DNA of 64,000 nucleotides, from contig JAKAEA010000001.1 in assembly GCA_021818465.1 (NCBI GenBank), forward strand, positions 311,712-375,711, read 5' to 3'. Shown here piece by piece: positions 30,067 through 39,944 of this stretch (position 1 is its first letter; the number at the start of each line of letters is the position of its first letter). The notes beneath the pieces were generated by a model. That model did no database searches and was not told the origin of the DNA. It saw nothing but the letters and a program-made list of their open reading frames with translations. The DNA comes from a bacterium (lineage in GTDB: Bacteria; Patescibacteriota; Minisyncoccia; Phycocordibacterales; JAKAEA01). Position numbers and translations under genes: made by a program.

Positions 30067-30099
30067 GCCCCGCGATGAGATTCATCGCGGGGCTTTTTT
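30067..30099 (+). terminator. Rho-independent terminator
   Basis: GCCCCGCGATGA/TCATCGCGGGGC 12-bp stem followed by TTTTTT. Confidence 0.8.
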
Positions 30100-30150
30100 C
30101 TTGCGTAAAAACACGATGTAGGGTAGTATAGCGAGTCTATGGTTAATCAC

Positions 30151-30366
30151 ATGCGACATACTCGGGCACACACCGGCAATCGCCGTTCTCACCATGCCTT
30201 GAAAAATCAGGCCTTAGGTTTTTGCCCAAAATGCGGCTCGGCTAAGCCGGCTCATGCGATGTGCCCGCATTGTGGTTTTTATCGCGATCGCACGGTAGTG
30301 GATGTTCAAGCGGCGCTGCTTAAGAAAACTGAACGCCAGAAGAAACGCGAAACTACAACGACGTAA
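30151..30366 (+). CDS. rpmF: 50S ribosomal protein L32
   Basis: RRSHHALK...FCPKCGSAKPAHAMCPHCGFY matches L32 zinc-ribbon signature (ORF 30139..30366). Confidence 0.8.
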   Translation: MRHTRAHTGNRRSHHALKNQALGFCPKCGSAKPAHAMCPHCGFYRDRTVVDVQAALLKKTERQKKRETTTT

Positions 30367-30441
30367 TACGTGGCGTCGTAATACACAGTTTTTTTATTTT
30401 ATCTACACGATATGTGTGCTACACTGAAAGTGAATTTTGCT

Positions 30442-31353
30442 ATGGCGAATCGGCACCTTTCACGTTCGTTAGCTCTGCAATCCCTTTATGAATGGGATTT
30501 CAATCATCGTGACAATACTGATATTGCCGCTATTATTACACGTAATCAGCGCGAGTTTGCTGAAGGTCAAACTGATGAACGGTTCGCACAAGCCTTAGTG
30601 CGTGGCGTACTCGCGAAACAAAGCGAGCTAGATACCATCATCGCTAAAGCGGCGCCCGACTGGCCGTTGGAAAAAATTTCTGTAATGGATCGCAATATTT
30701 TGCGCATCGGTTTATATGAATTATTATTTGCCGATCGGGCTGAGGTGCCAGCGAAAGTGGCGATCAATGAAGCGATAGAATTGGCAAAGGCGTACGGCGG
30801 CGAAACATCTGGTCGTTTTGTTAATGGTGTTGTGGGGGCGGTATATAAAGAAATAGGTGAACCAGGTAAAGAAGAAGTCTCCAAACGACCAATGGGAGCC
30901 GGTACGTCTGATGTAAAAAAAGAAATTCCTACACAACATCTTGGTGGAGCGGTGGTGTATGCTCGTGATGGTGACGAAGTGTATCTCGCGCTCGTGCACG
31001 ATGTGTTTGGCCATTGGACTCTTTCTAAAGGCAGTATTGCTGTGGGAGAGCGTGTGGAAGATGGTACGGTGCGCGGTATACGTGAAGAACTCGGTCTTAC
31101 CGACGTCACAATAAAAGAAAAACTTGATGAAAATACCTACACTGCCTATAATCCCGAAAGTGGCAAAAAGAAAAAACACGTTACCTACTTCTTGCTAGAA
31201 TCACCGTTCACAGATTTGAAGTTGGAAGAAAAAGGTGGCCTGGATGATGCTCAGTGGTTTAAACTCAAAGATATCTTAGACCTTAATTTTTATAATGACA
31301 TTTTGCCTATTGTCACCAAAGCTATTAATTTGATTTTAGCGCAAAAAAGTTGA
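30442..31353 (+). CDS. nusB: NusB antitermination factor fused to C-terminal NUDIX hydrolase domain
   Basis: N-terminal NusB helices (ALQSLYEWDF, DRNILRIGLYELLF, AINEAIELAKAYGGE); C-terminal Nudix box GSIAVGERVEDGTVRGIREELGL. Confidence 0.7.
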   Translation: MANRHLSRSLALQSLYEWDFNHRDNTDIAAIITRNQREFAEGQTDERFAQALVRGVLAKQSELDTIIAKAAPDWPLEKISVMDRNILRIGLYELLFADRAEVPAKVAINEAIELAKAYGGETSGRFVNGVVGAVYKEIGEPGKEEVSKRPMGAGTSDVKKEIPTQHLGGAVVYARDGDEVYLALVHDVFGHWTLSKGSIAVGERVEDGTVRGIREELGLTDVTIKEKLDENTYTAYNPESGKKKKHVTYFLLESPFTDLKLEEKGGLDDAQWFKLKDILDLNFYNDILPIVTKAINLILAQKS

Positions 31354-32060
31354 ATACTCTGTATATGCCAAAAGATTTTTCCCGATTTGAAGAACATATC
31401 GGTATAGAATTTAAAGATAAAACCTTGCTTCGCCAAGCATTTACGCATCGCTCGTACCTCAATGAAAATAAAGAAGCGGGTTTTACTGATAATGAACGCT
31501 TGGAGTTTTTGGGCGATGCTGTTTTACAGTTGGCTGTTACCGATCATCTTTTTACACTATATCCAGCCACGTCAGAAGGAGATTTGACGAGTTTTCGTTC
31601 AGCATTAGTCAATACGCAAACACTCAGTACGTTAGCGGCGAGCATTGGTATGAATGATTTTTTATTACTCTCACATGGTGAGCGAAAGGACACTGGTCGG
31701 GCGCGAACGATTATTTTAGCCGATGCTTTTGAGGCACTTATTGGCGCGCTGTATCTTGATCAGGGATTTAGTGTTGCCGAACGTTTTATTGCTCAAAAAA
31801 TTTTCCCGCTTGTAGCGGGAGTGGTTGCCGGCAAAGCGTGGCTTGATGCTAAGTCGCGTTTTCAAGAAGCAGCACAAGAGCACACCAGTATTACGCCGAC
31901 GTATAAAACCCTCAAGGAAAGCGGTCCAGATCATAATCGTATATTTACGATTGGTGTGTATCTAGGTAAGGAACTCATTGCTTCTGGCGAGGGGGTATCG
32001 AAACAGGAAGCTGAGCAGGAAGCGGCACAGAAAGCACTTACTGCACGAGGGTGGGACTAA
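31350..32060 (+). CDS. rnc: Ribonuclease III
   Basis: ERLEFLGDAVLQL catalytic signature, C-terminal dsRBD. Confidence 0.9.
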   Translation: MNTLYMPKDFSRFEEHIGIEFKDKTLLRQAFTHRSYLNENKEAGFTDNERLEFLGDAVLQLAVTDHLFTLYPATSEGDLTSFRSALVNTQTLSTLAASIGMNDFLLLSHGERKDTGRARTIILADAFEALIGALYLDQGFSVAERFIAQKIFPLVAGVVAGKAWLDAKSRFQEAAQEHTSITPTYKTLKESGPDHNRIFTIGVYLGKELIASGEGVSKQEAEQEAAQKALTARGWD

Positions 32061-32072
32061 TGTACACGACTC

Positions 32073-34367
32073 ATGCGTCTTAAATCTTTGGAAATTAGCG
32101 GGTTTAAATCATTTGCTAAAAAAGCAGTATTAGAATTTTCAACACCGATTACTGCGATTGTCGGTCCCAATGGTTCCGGTAAATCAAATGTTGCTGAGGC
32201 GTTTCGATTTGCTCTGGGTGAGCAGTCCATGAAATCTTTGCGTGGTAAGCGCGGCGAAGATTTAATTTTTAATGGTGGAGCGGCAGGTGGGAGACTTAAT
32301 CGGGCGGCGGTGAAGCTTGTTTTTAACAACACCGATCGCGCTTTGGCTCTGGATTTTGATGATGTGTCGCTGGAGCGAGCGGTGCACCGTGATTCGGCAA
32401 ATGAATATTTTATCAATGGCTCGCCCGCACGACTGAAAGACAGCATTGAATTACTTGCTAGTGCTCACATTGGCGCGTCTGGTCACCACATTATTTCACA
32501 AGGTGAAGCCGATCGAATTCTTAATGCAAATTTAAAAGAGCGTCGAGAGATGATTGAAGATGCGCTCGGGTTAAAAATTTACCACTATAAACGTGAAGAA
32601 AGTGAGCGTAAGCTAGAGAAAACCGCTGAGAATATACAGCAAGTAGAGAGTTTACGTAAAGAAATTGCACCGCACCTGCGTTTTTTAGAAAAGCAAATGG
32701 AAAAATTGGCGAAGACAGAAAAGTTACGAGAAGATTTGCGAGCGCACGCCACAGAATATTTTAAACGGGAGGAGACGTATGTGCGGGTGATGGGTACACG
32801 GCTGGCTGAAGAGGATCGGCCGCTGGCTGAGCGTGCGCAGGCACTCGATCGCGAGCTCGCTGATGCAAAAGCGGTCTTAGAAGCAGCTGCTCTGGCGCGT
32901 GGAAAAGAAGATACGACCACGCACGCGCTACTTGATGTTGAAAAAAAATTAGCAGCCGTACGCTTCGAACGAGAAGAACTGTCACGTCGCGTCGGTCGTG
33001 TAGAAGGTGAAATAGCCTCAGAAGAACGGGCGATTCACCGCGAGGAGATGCTTGCTAAAAGTGATGCGGGCCGAACGATACCATTTGCTGAACTGGAGGC
33101 GCTTGTTGCTACAGTGACTGAACGTTTGACTGAAGCAGAAACAGCTGCTGACCCCACTCTGTTTAAGAGGATAGCTAATGCTCTTAAAGATGTTCTCAAG
33201 GAATTTTTACAGCGTTTTCGTACTGGTACTGGTACCGATACGACCAGTGCGTCTCGTCGTGCTGAAATTGAGCGTCTCACTGAGGAGCGCCGACATGCTA
33301 CAGAAAAAATGAATGCATTGGTGCATGCTGAGACTGAACTCAGTGTTGAAATTAATCGTATACGGGAAAGCATTGAGAAAGAAAAAGATTCCAATCGTGA
33401 TGCTGAAAAAGCAGTTTTTCGAATTATGGCCGAACAAAATGATCTCGCTTCGAAACGGGCGACAATTCGCGCACATCAAGACGTGCATGCTGCCGCTGAA
33501 CTGGCGTTCAAACACGATCTTGGCGATGTTGCTGCGCTTGTCGGTCGGGCCGTATTGAATTTTACTGAACACGTATTTGTCGGAATGTCTGATGACGATA
33601 TTGCCAGTGAACCGCGTGCACGCCAAGAGGAGCGTCGCAAACAATTAGAACGTTTGAAGATTCGTATTGAAGAAGCAGGGGCGGCTGGTGGCGAAGATAC
33701 CGCTAAAGAATATCGTGAAGCGAAAGAGCGTGATGCTTTTTTGGCTCGTGAGGTTGCCGATTTAGAAACATCAGCCGAAACGCTCCGCACGCTCATTGCT
33801 GATTTAGTAGAAAAATTAGATACCGATTTTAAATCAGGTGTGCAAAAAATAAACGAACAATTCGGACAATTTTTTACGCTTATGTTTGGTGGAGGCACGG
33901 CTGCTCTGGATGTGGTCAAAGCTGCGCCGCGCACGCGCGCGAAGCAGTCTGATACCAGTATCGATTTTACTGATGGAGAAGGAGAAACTATGGCGAACGA
34001 TGAAGACACTGAAGAGGGAATTGATATCGCGGTTACGTTACCGAAGAAGCGTATTAAAGGTCTCACGATGCTTTCCGGCGGCGAGCGAGCGCTTACATCC
34101 ATTGCGCTACTCTTTGCTATCTCGCAAGTTAATCCGCCGCCGTTTATTATTCTTGATGAAACTGACGCGGCTTTGGATGAAGCAAACTCTCGCAAGTACG
34201 GTGATATGATAGAAAATCTCTCAAAATATTCGCAGCTTATTTTAATTACGCATAATCGCGAGACTATGTCCCGAGCAGGTGTGTTGTATGGCGTGACTAT
34301 GGGCAGCGACGGCGCCTCTAAACTTCTTTCTATTAAATTTGACGAAGCAGTGGCTGTAGCAAAATAA
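32073..34367 (+). CDS. smc: Chromosome segregation SMC-family ATPase (shortened, 764 aa)
   Basis: Walker A GPNGSGKSN, long coiled-coil, C-terminal signature LSGGERALTSIALLFAI and Walker B IILDETDAALD; rnc-smc synteny. Confidence 0.75.
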   Translation: MRLKSLEISGFKSFAKKAVLEFSTPITAIVGPNGSGKSNVAEAFRFALGEQSMKSLRGKRGEDLIFNGGAAGGRLNRAAVKLVFNNTDRALALDFDDVSLERAVHRDSANEYFINGSPARLKDSIELLASAHIGASGHHIISQGEADRILNANLKERREMIEDALGLKIYHYKREESERKLEKTAENIQQVESLRKEIAPHLRFLEKQMEKLAKTEKLREDLRAHATEYFKREETYVRVMGTRLAEEDRPLAERAQALDRELADAKAVLEAAALARGKEDTTTHALLDVEKKLAAVRFEREELSRRVGRVEGEIASEERAIHREEMLAKSDAGRTIPFAELEALVATVTERLTEAETAADPTLFKRIANALKDVLKEFLQRFRTGTGTDTTSASRRAEIERLTEERRHATEKMNALVHAETELSVEINRIRESIEKEKDSNRDAEKAVFRIMAEQNDLASKRATIRAHQDVHAAAELAFKHDLGDVAALVGRAVLNFTEHVFVGMSDDDIASEPRARQEERRKQLERLKIRIEEAGAAGGEDTAKEYREAKERDAFLAREVADLETSAETLRTLIADLVEKLDTDFKSGVQKINEQFGQFFTLMFGGGTAALDVVKAAPRTRAKQSDTSIDFTDGEGETMANDEDTEEGIDIAVTLPKKRIKGLTMLSGGERALTSIALLFAISQVNPPPFIILDETDAALDEANSRKYGDMIENLSKYSQLILITHNRETMSRAGVLYGVTMGSDGASKLLSIKFDEAVAVAK

Positions 34368-34375
34368 TTTTTTAT

Positions 34376-36427
34376 CTACACAACAATTGCATAGTCGAGT
34401 GTTTTCGCATCTAAGTCGGCGCGCACCACACGAAAGCGTACCGTGTCGCCTAAGCGAAATTTTCGGCGATTTTTTTCACCTTGAATAGTATAGGTTCGAG
34501 GATTAAACACGTAGTAGTCATCATTGAGCTCGCGCAGAGGCATCATGCCCTCACAGCGAGTATTAATCTCTTCTATGTATATGCCCCAATCAGTAACACC
34601 AGAAATGGTGCCAGTGAATTCTTGACCAACACGCTCGCTCATGTATTCAACTTGTTTGTATTTGATACTAGCGCGTTCCGCTTCAGCCGCCACAATTTCT
34701 CGGTCGCTGGCATGAGCGGCCACTGCTTCTAAATTTTTACGCATAGTGTTCGATCCTTCTAGAACCGCAGCCAAGACGCGGTGTACAACTAGGTCGGTGT
34801 AGCGACGAATGGGTGAAGTGAAGTGAGTATAAAAAGAAAAACCGAGACCAAAGTGTCCAATGTTATCAGTGGAGTATGCCGCCTTGGCCATAGAGCGAAT
34901 TGTGGCTGTTTTAATGAGTGATTCTTCTGGTACACCACGCACGCTTTCTAGTAATATGTTAATATCGCGTGCAGTTATTTTGCCTTGTTTAACGGGTAAA
35001 TGGTAACCCAGAGCTTGCAAAAATAGGGCGAGCTCCTGTAGACGTTCGTGTTCGGGTACGTCGTGAATGCGGTAAATAGATTCACCCGCTTCACCACGCA
35101 CGTGATTGCCACCCGTATGTTTTTTGTAAATAAACTCAGCCACTTCGCGATTGGCAAGAAGCATAAATTCTTCGACGAGCTTGTGTGTATCTAATCGTTC
35201 TTTTTTAACAATGGCTATGGGTTTGCCGCGTTCGTCTAGTTTGAATTTTACTTCATCTTGTTCAAAATCAATGGCCCCGCGTTGGTAATTTTCTTGCTGC
35301 ATTTTTTTAGCAATATGATTCAGAGTTGTTAGTGTGGTTGCATGTGCATGCCCTGGTCCCGTGCCACCATTGAGCACATCCTGAGCGCTTTCGTAGCTGA
35401 AACGGTGATTGCTGTTGATTACGGTGCGACCAAACCATCGATCGTGTACGTGACCATGATCATCCACCACAAAGACCGCGGAAAATGCAAAACGGTCTTC
35501 GTGCGGATTCAAACTACACAAATCATTGGAAAGTACTTCAGGAAGCATGGGAATAGTACGATCAACGAGATATACACTAAAACTGCGCTTCAATGCTTCA
35601 GCATCGAGTGCACTGTTGGGACGGACGTAATACGATACGTCGGCAATGTGCACGCCGATTTCGTAGTGGTGAGCGTGGGGGCCGTCGGTGATTTTTTTGA
35701 ATGAAATGGCGTCGTCAAAATCTTTTGCATCAATCGGGTCAATGGTACAGGTCCATGTGTCGCGCATATCGCGCCGGCGAGCGATTTCTTCGGTGCGAAG
35801 CGGTTTCTCTGTGCGCTCGAGTGCTGTAGCTTCTGCTGTCACTGCATCCGGAAAGGATTGCTCAATGCCACGATCAAGTAGAATTGATTGAATTTCCACC
35901 TCGTGTTCGCCCTTCGTGCCAATATACGCAACTAAGGCAGCGTGAGGATAGCGTTCATGTGCTTGCCACGAAACAAGCGATGTTACTACTTTTTCGTTTT
36001 TACTGGGGGAAGCTTTCGTGATGAGTGGATCAGTTTCGGGAATGCTAAAATCAACATAAATACGACGGTCATCGGGGCGTACCCACCATTGATTATCGTG
36101 GCGCACCAGTGTGCCGACGAATTTTGTTCGCGCGCGGCGCACCACGCGCACGACTTGCCCCGCCATCTGCACAAAATCGCCCTGAGCCGCGTCAGTTCGC
36201 CGCGCCGCGCGCTTATGTCGCGTTTCAAAATATTTTCCAGTAATCTGTACCTCTACTTCATCGCCGTTGAGTGCGGTGTTTGCAAATTCTGGCGTAATAA
36301 CAATTTCTTCGTCACGTTTTTTTGTTCGGGGTGTACCGGCGCGTGTAACAAAACCGAATCCTTTGGCGTTGGTTCTAATGGTGCCAATAATATTTGTAGA
36401 TGTCGCTCTGGTGGTTTTTTTCTCCAT
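34376..36427 (-). CDS. rnr: Ribonuclease R (RNB-family 3'-5' exoribonuclease)
   Basis: Cold-shock/OB N-domains, RNB motifs DIDPIDAKDFDDAISF, C-terminal S1 domain. Confidence 0.85.
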   Translation of the reverse strand: MEKKTTRATSTNIIGTIRTNAKGFGFVTRAGTPRTKKRDEEIVITPEFANTALNGDEVEVQITGKYFETRHKRAARRTDAAQGDFVQMAGQVVRVVRRARTKFVGTLVRHDNQWWVRPDDRRIYVDFSIPETDPLITKASPSKNEKVVTSLVSWQAHERYPHAALVAYIGTKGEHEVEIQSILLDRGIEQSFPDAVTAEATALERTEKPLRTEEIARRRDMRDTWTCTIDPIDAKDFDDAISFKKITDGPHAHHYEIGVHIADVSYYVRPNSALDAEALKRSFSVYLVDRTIPMLPEVLSNDLCSLNPHEDRFAFSAVFVVDDHGHVHDRWFGRTVINSNHRFSYESAQDVLNGGTGPGHAHATTLTTLNHIAKKMQQENYQRGAIDFEQDEVKFKLDERGKPIAIVKKERLDTHKLVEEFMLLANREVAEFIYKKHTGGNHVRGEAGESIYRIHDVPEHERLQELALFLQALGYHLPVKQGKITARDINILLESVRGVPEESLIKTATIRSMAKAAYSTDNIGHFGLGFSFYTHFTSPIRRYTDLVVHRVLAAVLEGSNTMRKNLEAVAAHASDREIVAAEAERASIKYKQVEYMSERVGQEFTGTISGVTDWGIYIEEINTRCEGMMPLRELNDDYYVFNPRTYTIQGEKNRRKFRLGDTVRFRVVRADLDAKTLDYAIVV

Positions 36428-36487
36428 GAGATTCGCAGTATAACAGACTATTGACCTTTTGCCATCCCTCTGCTACTATATCCGCCT

Positions 36488-36868
36488 ATGCTTAAAATCA
36501 GATTGCAACGAGTTGGTCGTGTTCATGAACCGACATTTCGTATTGTCGTCACTGATGCACGCAATAGCACAAAGAGCGGTCGTGCTTTAGAAGTACTTGG
36601 CTCGCACGATCCGCGCGATAAAAGTAAAACTATTTTGAATGTTGAGCGTGTTAAACACTGGGTTTCTGTGGGTGCACAACCGACAATAACTATGCACAAC
36701 ATGCTTGTTTCCAAGAAAATTATTGAAGGTAAAAAACTAAACGCTCTTCCTAAAAAACGCCCACAAAAAAGCGAAGCCGAACAGCAAGCACAATCGAACA
36801 ACGCCGCACAGCCCTCTGCTGAGCAACCCGCTGAAACACCTGCTACGCAAGCGCCCGTCACCAGTTAA
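36488..36868 (+). CDS. rpsP: 30S ribosomal protein S16 with Ala/Gln-rich C-terminal extension
   Basis: MLKIRLQRVGRVHEPTFRIVV..D.R signature. Confidence 0.85.
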   Translation: MLKIRLQRVGRVHEPTFRIVVTDARNSTKSGRALEVLGSHDPRDKSKTILNVERVKHWVSVGAQPTITMHNMLVSKKIIEGKKLNALPKKRPQKSEAEQQAQSNNAAQPSAEQPAETPATQAPVTS

Positions 36869-36899
36869 AATTTTTTTCAAGTATTCTCCACAGACAATA

Positions 36900-36928
36900 T
36901 TGACACCCCGCGTCACGGCGGCTACAAT
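36900..36928 (+). promoter_or_regulatory. Consensus sigma70 promoter TTGACA-N17-TACAAT
   Basis: Perfect -35 hexamer at 36900-36905 and TACAAT at 36923-36928, upstream of KH-protein/trmD genes. Confidence 0.55.
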
Positions 36929-37010
36929 TTGGAGAAGCTGCAGTGCACCTGCTCTGCCGCATTACTAATTAACGATTCGTCCGGATGACGAATTACCGAA
37001 ATCATTATTT

Positions 37011-37322
37011 ATGGAAGAAAACGACGCAAAATTTCTAGACTACGTTATTAAAGCACTTGTAGAAAATCCTCAAGATGTAAAAATCAGCCGTACCGTTGAC
37101 GAAATGGGTGTACTGCTTACGCTGACCGTGAACGCTGCTGATATGGGTAAAATTATTGGCCGTTCGGGTAACACAGCCAAAGCTGTACGCACACTCTTGC
37201 GCGTGGTGGGCATGAAAAATAATGCTCGTGTTAACCTCAAAATTAACGAGCCAGAAGGTGGTTCTGTTCGTGAGTCTGCTACTAAGTCTGTTGATGAAGC
37301 GATGGAGGACATTAAGCTCTAA
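37011..37322 (+). CDS. KH-domain RNA-binding protein (YlqC/UPF0109 family)
   Basis: KH GxxG loop (IGRSGNTAKAVR); conserved position between rpsP and trmD. Confidence 0.75.
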   Translation: MEENDAKFLDYVIKALVENPQDVKISRTVDEMGVLLTLTVNAADMGKIIGRSGNTAKAVRTLLRVVGMKNNARVNLKINEPEGGSVRESATKSVDEAMEDIKL

Positions 37323-37354
37323 ATAACACGGCATCTCTTTGGATTAATCACCAT

Positions 37355-37390
37355 ACACAACGCCTCTCGGGGCGTTGTGTCGTTTCTGGA
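37355..37390 (+). terminator. Putative rho-independent terminator
   Basis: ACACAACGCC-tctcgg-GGCGTTGTGT hairpin followed by T-rich tract. Confidence 0.5.
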
Positions 37391-37421
37391 CTAAACCTTA
37401 AAAGCGTGGTATTTTCAAAAT

Positions 37422-38087
37422 ATGCGATTTCATATCATCACCCTTTTTCCTGGCGCATTTCGTTCTTATCTTGGTGAATCTATTTTAAAACGAGCAATAC
37501 AGGATAAAAAAATATCGGTGCAGTTTTACAATCCACGCGATTTTGCTGCTGGTAAGCGCGGTCGGGCGGTGCGTGTAGATAAACGTCCATACGGCGGTGG
37601 CCCGGGTATGGTGATTGAAGCACTACCGGTTATCAAGGCAATAGAAAAGGTGCGTGCAACAATACAAAAAAAATCAAAAAAATCCACGGTAAAAATTATT
37701 TGGCTGTCGCCGGGTGGTACGCAATTTGATACACACTTTGCTCAAGTGGCGGCAAAAAAATACACGGATATTATTATTGTGTCTGGGCGCTACGAAGGTA
37801 TTGATGCACGTGTTTTAAAAATTTTTACCTGTGAACAGGTTTCCGTGGGGCCATTTGTGCTGACGGGCGGTGAATTGCCCGCAATGCTTATTATTGACTG
37901 CGTGAGTCGTCAGGTGCCGGGGGTTTTAGGCGATGCTGCCTCTTTGGAGGAACGACGAGTTGCTAGTCGCGAGGTCTACACGCGGCCAGAAAAATTTACC
38001 TATAAAGGAAAAACGTATCGGGTACCAAAAGTTCTTCTCTCGGGTTCTCATGTTGACATAGAAAATTGGAAACGTTTGCATACATAG
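37422..38087 (+). CDS. trmD: tRNA (guanine37-N1)-methyltransferase
   Basis: MRFHIITLFP start, SPOUT-fold TrmD motifs (GRYEGIDARV, LTGGELPAM). Confidence 0.85.
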   Translation: MRFHIITLFPGAFRSYLGESILKRAIQDKKISVQFYNPRDFAAGKRGRAVRVDKRPYGGGPGMVIEALPVIKAIEKVRATIQKKSKKSTVKIIWLSPGGTQFDTHFAQVAAKKYTDIIIVSGRYEGIDARVLKIFTCEQVSVGPFVLTGGELPAMLIIDCVSRQVPGVLGDAASLEERRVASREVYTRPEKFTYKGKTYRVPKVLLSGSHVDIENWKRLHT

Positions 38088-38121
38088 CTTGGTGTGCGAG
38101 TAGTGGTATACTACGAATGTT

Positions 38122-39012
38122 ATGAGCGTTCGTCGTGGTATATATATCGGCAGCGGTCTCATTGTTCTCGGTCTTGTTATTACCGGTATTGTTTTTATGG
38201 TTGGCGGTCATCCTGCACAAACGCTGCTACCAGAAAATGCGCCGGGAACCACACTGCCTGGCACTGGTCCTATCACCATCGTGCTCTCGCCTGATTTTGG
38301 TGATGCGGTTTTGTCACTCGGTGGTATGTTGGCGCAACACACACGTCCGACAATTGTGGCAACATTTTTTACTGGTGAACCGTCGCCCGCTACAAGCACC
38401 GCATTTGATGCGCAAAGTGGTTTTACCAACAGCACCATAGCTCACAATGTCAGGGTTGCGGAAAATGATCGAGCACTCAGCTCGCTAGGTGCGGTGCCAG
38501 AAAATTATGAATACCTCAGTAGCCACTATGGCCAGCCGATAGCGACCGATACGCTGACGAGCACAATCTCTCAAGATATTCAGGCCTTGCTCATTGCGAA
38601 TAGTGGTCGGCAGGTATATATCTATGGTCCTGCCGATTTTGGTCCGCAAACCAGTAGTGATGATGCCGTGCTCTATACAGCATTTACCGATGTGGTGAAT
38701 GGCTTCCCCGGGTCATACGTTCATTTCTTTTATTACGAAACATATCCGGCGGTGCAAACTTGGAATGCGACCGCCACCAATTCTTTACGGCAATTTTTGC
38801 AAAATGAATCCGGTCTATTTTTAACGACGACCCCCATCTCTCTCTCGTCGGGTCAGGTTGCTGCAAAAATTTCTGCCCTACAACAGTATCATTCGCTCAT
38901 TCAAGCGGCTCAAAAACAGGGGACAGATATCGCTGCTGCTGACCAACAGTTCACTGCGACGCGCTGCGCCGGCCAGGCTTGTGAAGTAGTCTACGCCATT
39001 GGTCAAAATTAA
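38122..39012 (+). CDS. Membrane-anchored hypothetical protein, possible PIG-L/LmbE-like deacetylase
   Basis: N-terminal TM helix; VLSPDFGDAVLSLGG resembles (A)HPDDE..GG motif of LmbE-like fold; weak. Confidence 0.3.
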   Translation: MSVRRGIYIGSGLIVLGLVITGIVFMVGGHPAQTLLPENAPGTTLPGTGPITIVLSPDFGDAVLSLGGMLAQHTRPTIVATFFTGEPSPATSTAFDAQSGFTNSTIAHNVRVAENDRALSSLGAVPENYEYLSSHYGQPIATDTLTSTISQDIQALLIANSGRQVYIYGPADFGPQTSSDDAVLYTAFTDVVNGFPGSYVHFFYYETYPAVQTWNATATNSLRQFLQNESGLFLTTTPISLSSGQVAAKISALQQYHSLIQAAQKQGTDIAAADQQFTATRCAGQACEVVYAIGQN

Positions 39013-39901
39013 TTTTTTTTGTAATGGTTTGTAGAGTAGGCGGAAACCAACGAATGCGATTGTTGCGATGAAACCAGTTTATTTGTCGTTTAGCATATTG
39101 CCAGATAGCGTATTCAAGTTCACGTACCATTTCAGCTCGAGAAATTTTTCCTTGTAAAAATCGAGCCAGCCAGCGATATTCCAAACCGAGCATTTCCATT
39201 TTTCTATACGAAAGGCCAGCCGCGTGTAAGCGACGAGCTTCGGCAATCATACCGTGAGCTAGCCGCGCGCGCAGTCGCGTATTGATTTTTTTCCTGAGTA
39301 TATCGCCTGACACCGTAAGACCAATAAAAAGCGGATCGTATATGGCATGTTTTCGTGTGCGCGGTACTGTTCCTAGAGCTGTTGCAATCTCTAGTGCCCG
39401 AATGAGTCGCCGGGGGTTGTGGCGATCAATCGCTGCCGCTCGACGCGGATCCTTTTTCTGTAGCAACGCGTAGAGCTGCTGGGCGTTTTTGGGGGAAAGT
39501 TTTTTACGTAGCGCGAGATTGGGCGGTACGTCGGGAAATGAAATACCATCTACCAAAGCGTCGATATAAAAACCTGTGCCACCGCAGATAATTGGCACGT
39601 TGCCGCGAGCGCTAATGTCGGCGATGGTCTCTCGAGCGCGTATCCGAAACATTTCCGCCGTAAATTGTTGGGCCGTGCCGACTGTTCGCGGTGCCGCTAT
39701 ATCAATTCCATGGTGTGGTATGCCTCGCATCTCCCGACGGGTAATTTTGCCGGTACCAATATTTAATCCTCGATACACCTGTCGCGAGTCAGCGGAAATC
39801 ACTTCACCACCTACGAGCCGCGCGATGTCTACAGCAATAGCACTTTTACCAACGGCCGTTGGTCCAACAATGACGATAATTTTAGGTTTGTGTCTAGTCA
39901 C
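38951..39901 (-). CDS. miaA: tRNA dimethylallyltransferase
   Basis: P-loop GPTAVGKS, SADSRQVYRGLNIGTGK, conserved MiaA core; 3' end overlaps previous gene by 62 nt (convergent). Confidence 0.85.
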   Translation of the reverse strand: MTRHKPKIIVIVGPTAVGKSAIAVDIARLVGGEVISADSRQVYRGLNIGTGKITRREMRGIPHHGIDIAAPRTVGTAQQFTAEMFRIRARETIADISARGNVPIICGGTGFYIDALVDGISFPDVPPNLALRKKLSPKNAQQLYALLQKKDPRRAAAIDRHNPRRLIRALEIATALGTVPRTRKHAIYDPLFIGLTVSGDILRKKINTRLRARLAHGMIAEARRLHAAGLSYRKMEMLGLEYRWLARFLQGKISRAEMVRELEYAIWQYAKRQINWFHRNNRIRWFPPTLQTITKKINFDQWRRLLHKPGRRSASQ

Positions 39902-39944
39902 AGGCGGATGCTACCATATTCACCAAAAATGCTATAGTACTACT

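Noticed and set aside
30567-31179. 151-180-aa minus-strand ORFs opposite nusB-nudix
   Set aside because: They are nested antisense with no motifs.
32585-34195. Multiple minus-strand ORFs (111-239 aa) inside smc
   Set aside because: They are Ser/Ala/Arg-rich antisense translations nested in a well-supported SMC gene.
36523-36861. 112-aa minus ORF opposite rpsP; 37035..37334 minus ORFs opposite the KH gene
   Set aside because: They are antisense to conserved ribosomal-operon genes.
39576-39944. 5' two-thirds of the 236-aa + strand ORF antisense to miaA
   Set aside because: It is nested antisense to a conserved gene. Only the portion downstream of miaA (39945..40286) was retained as a low-confidence small membrane protein.
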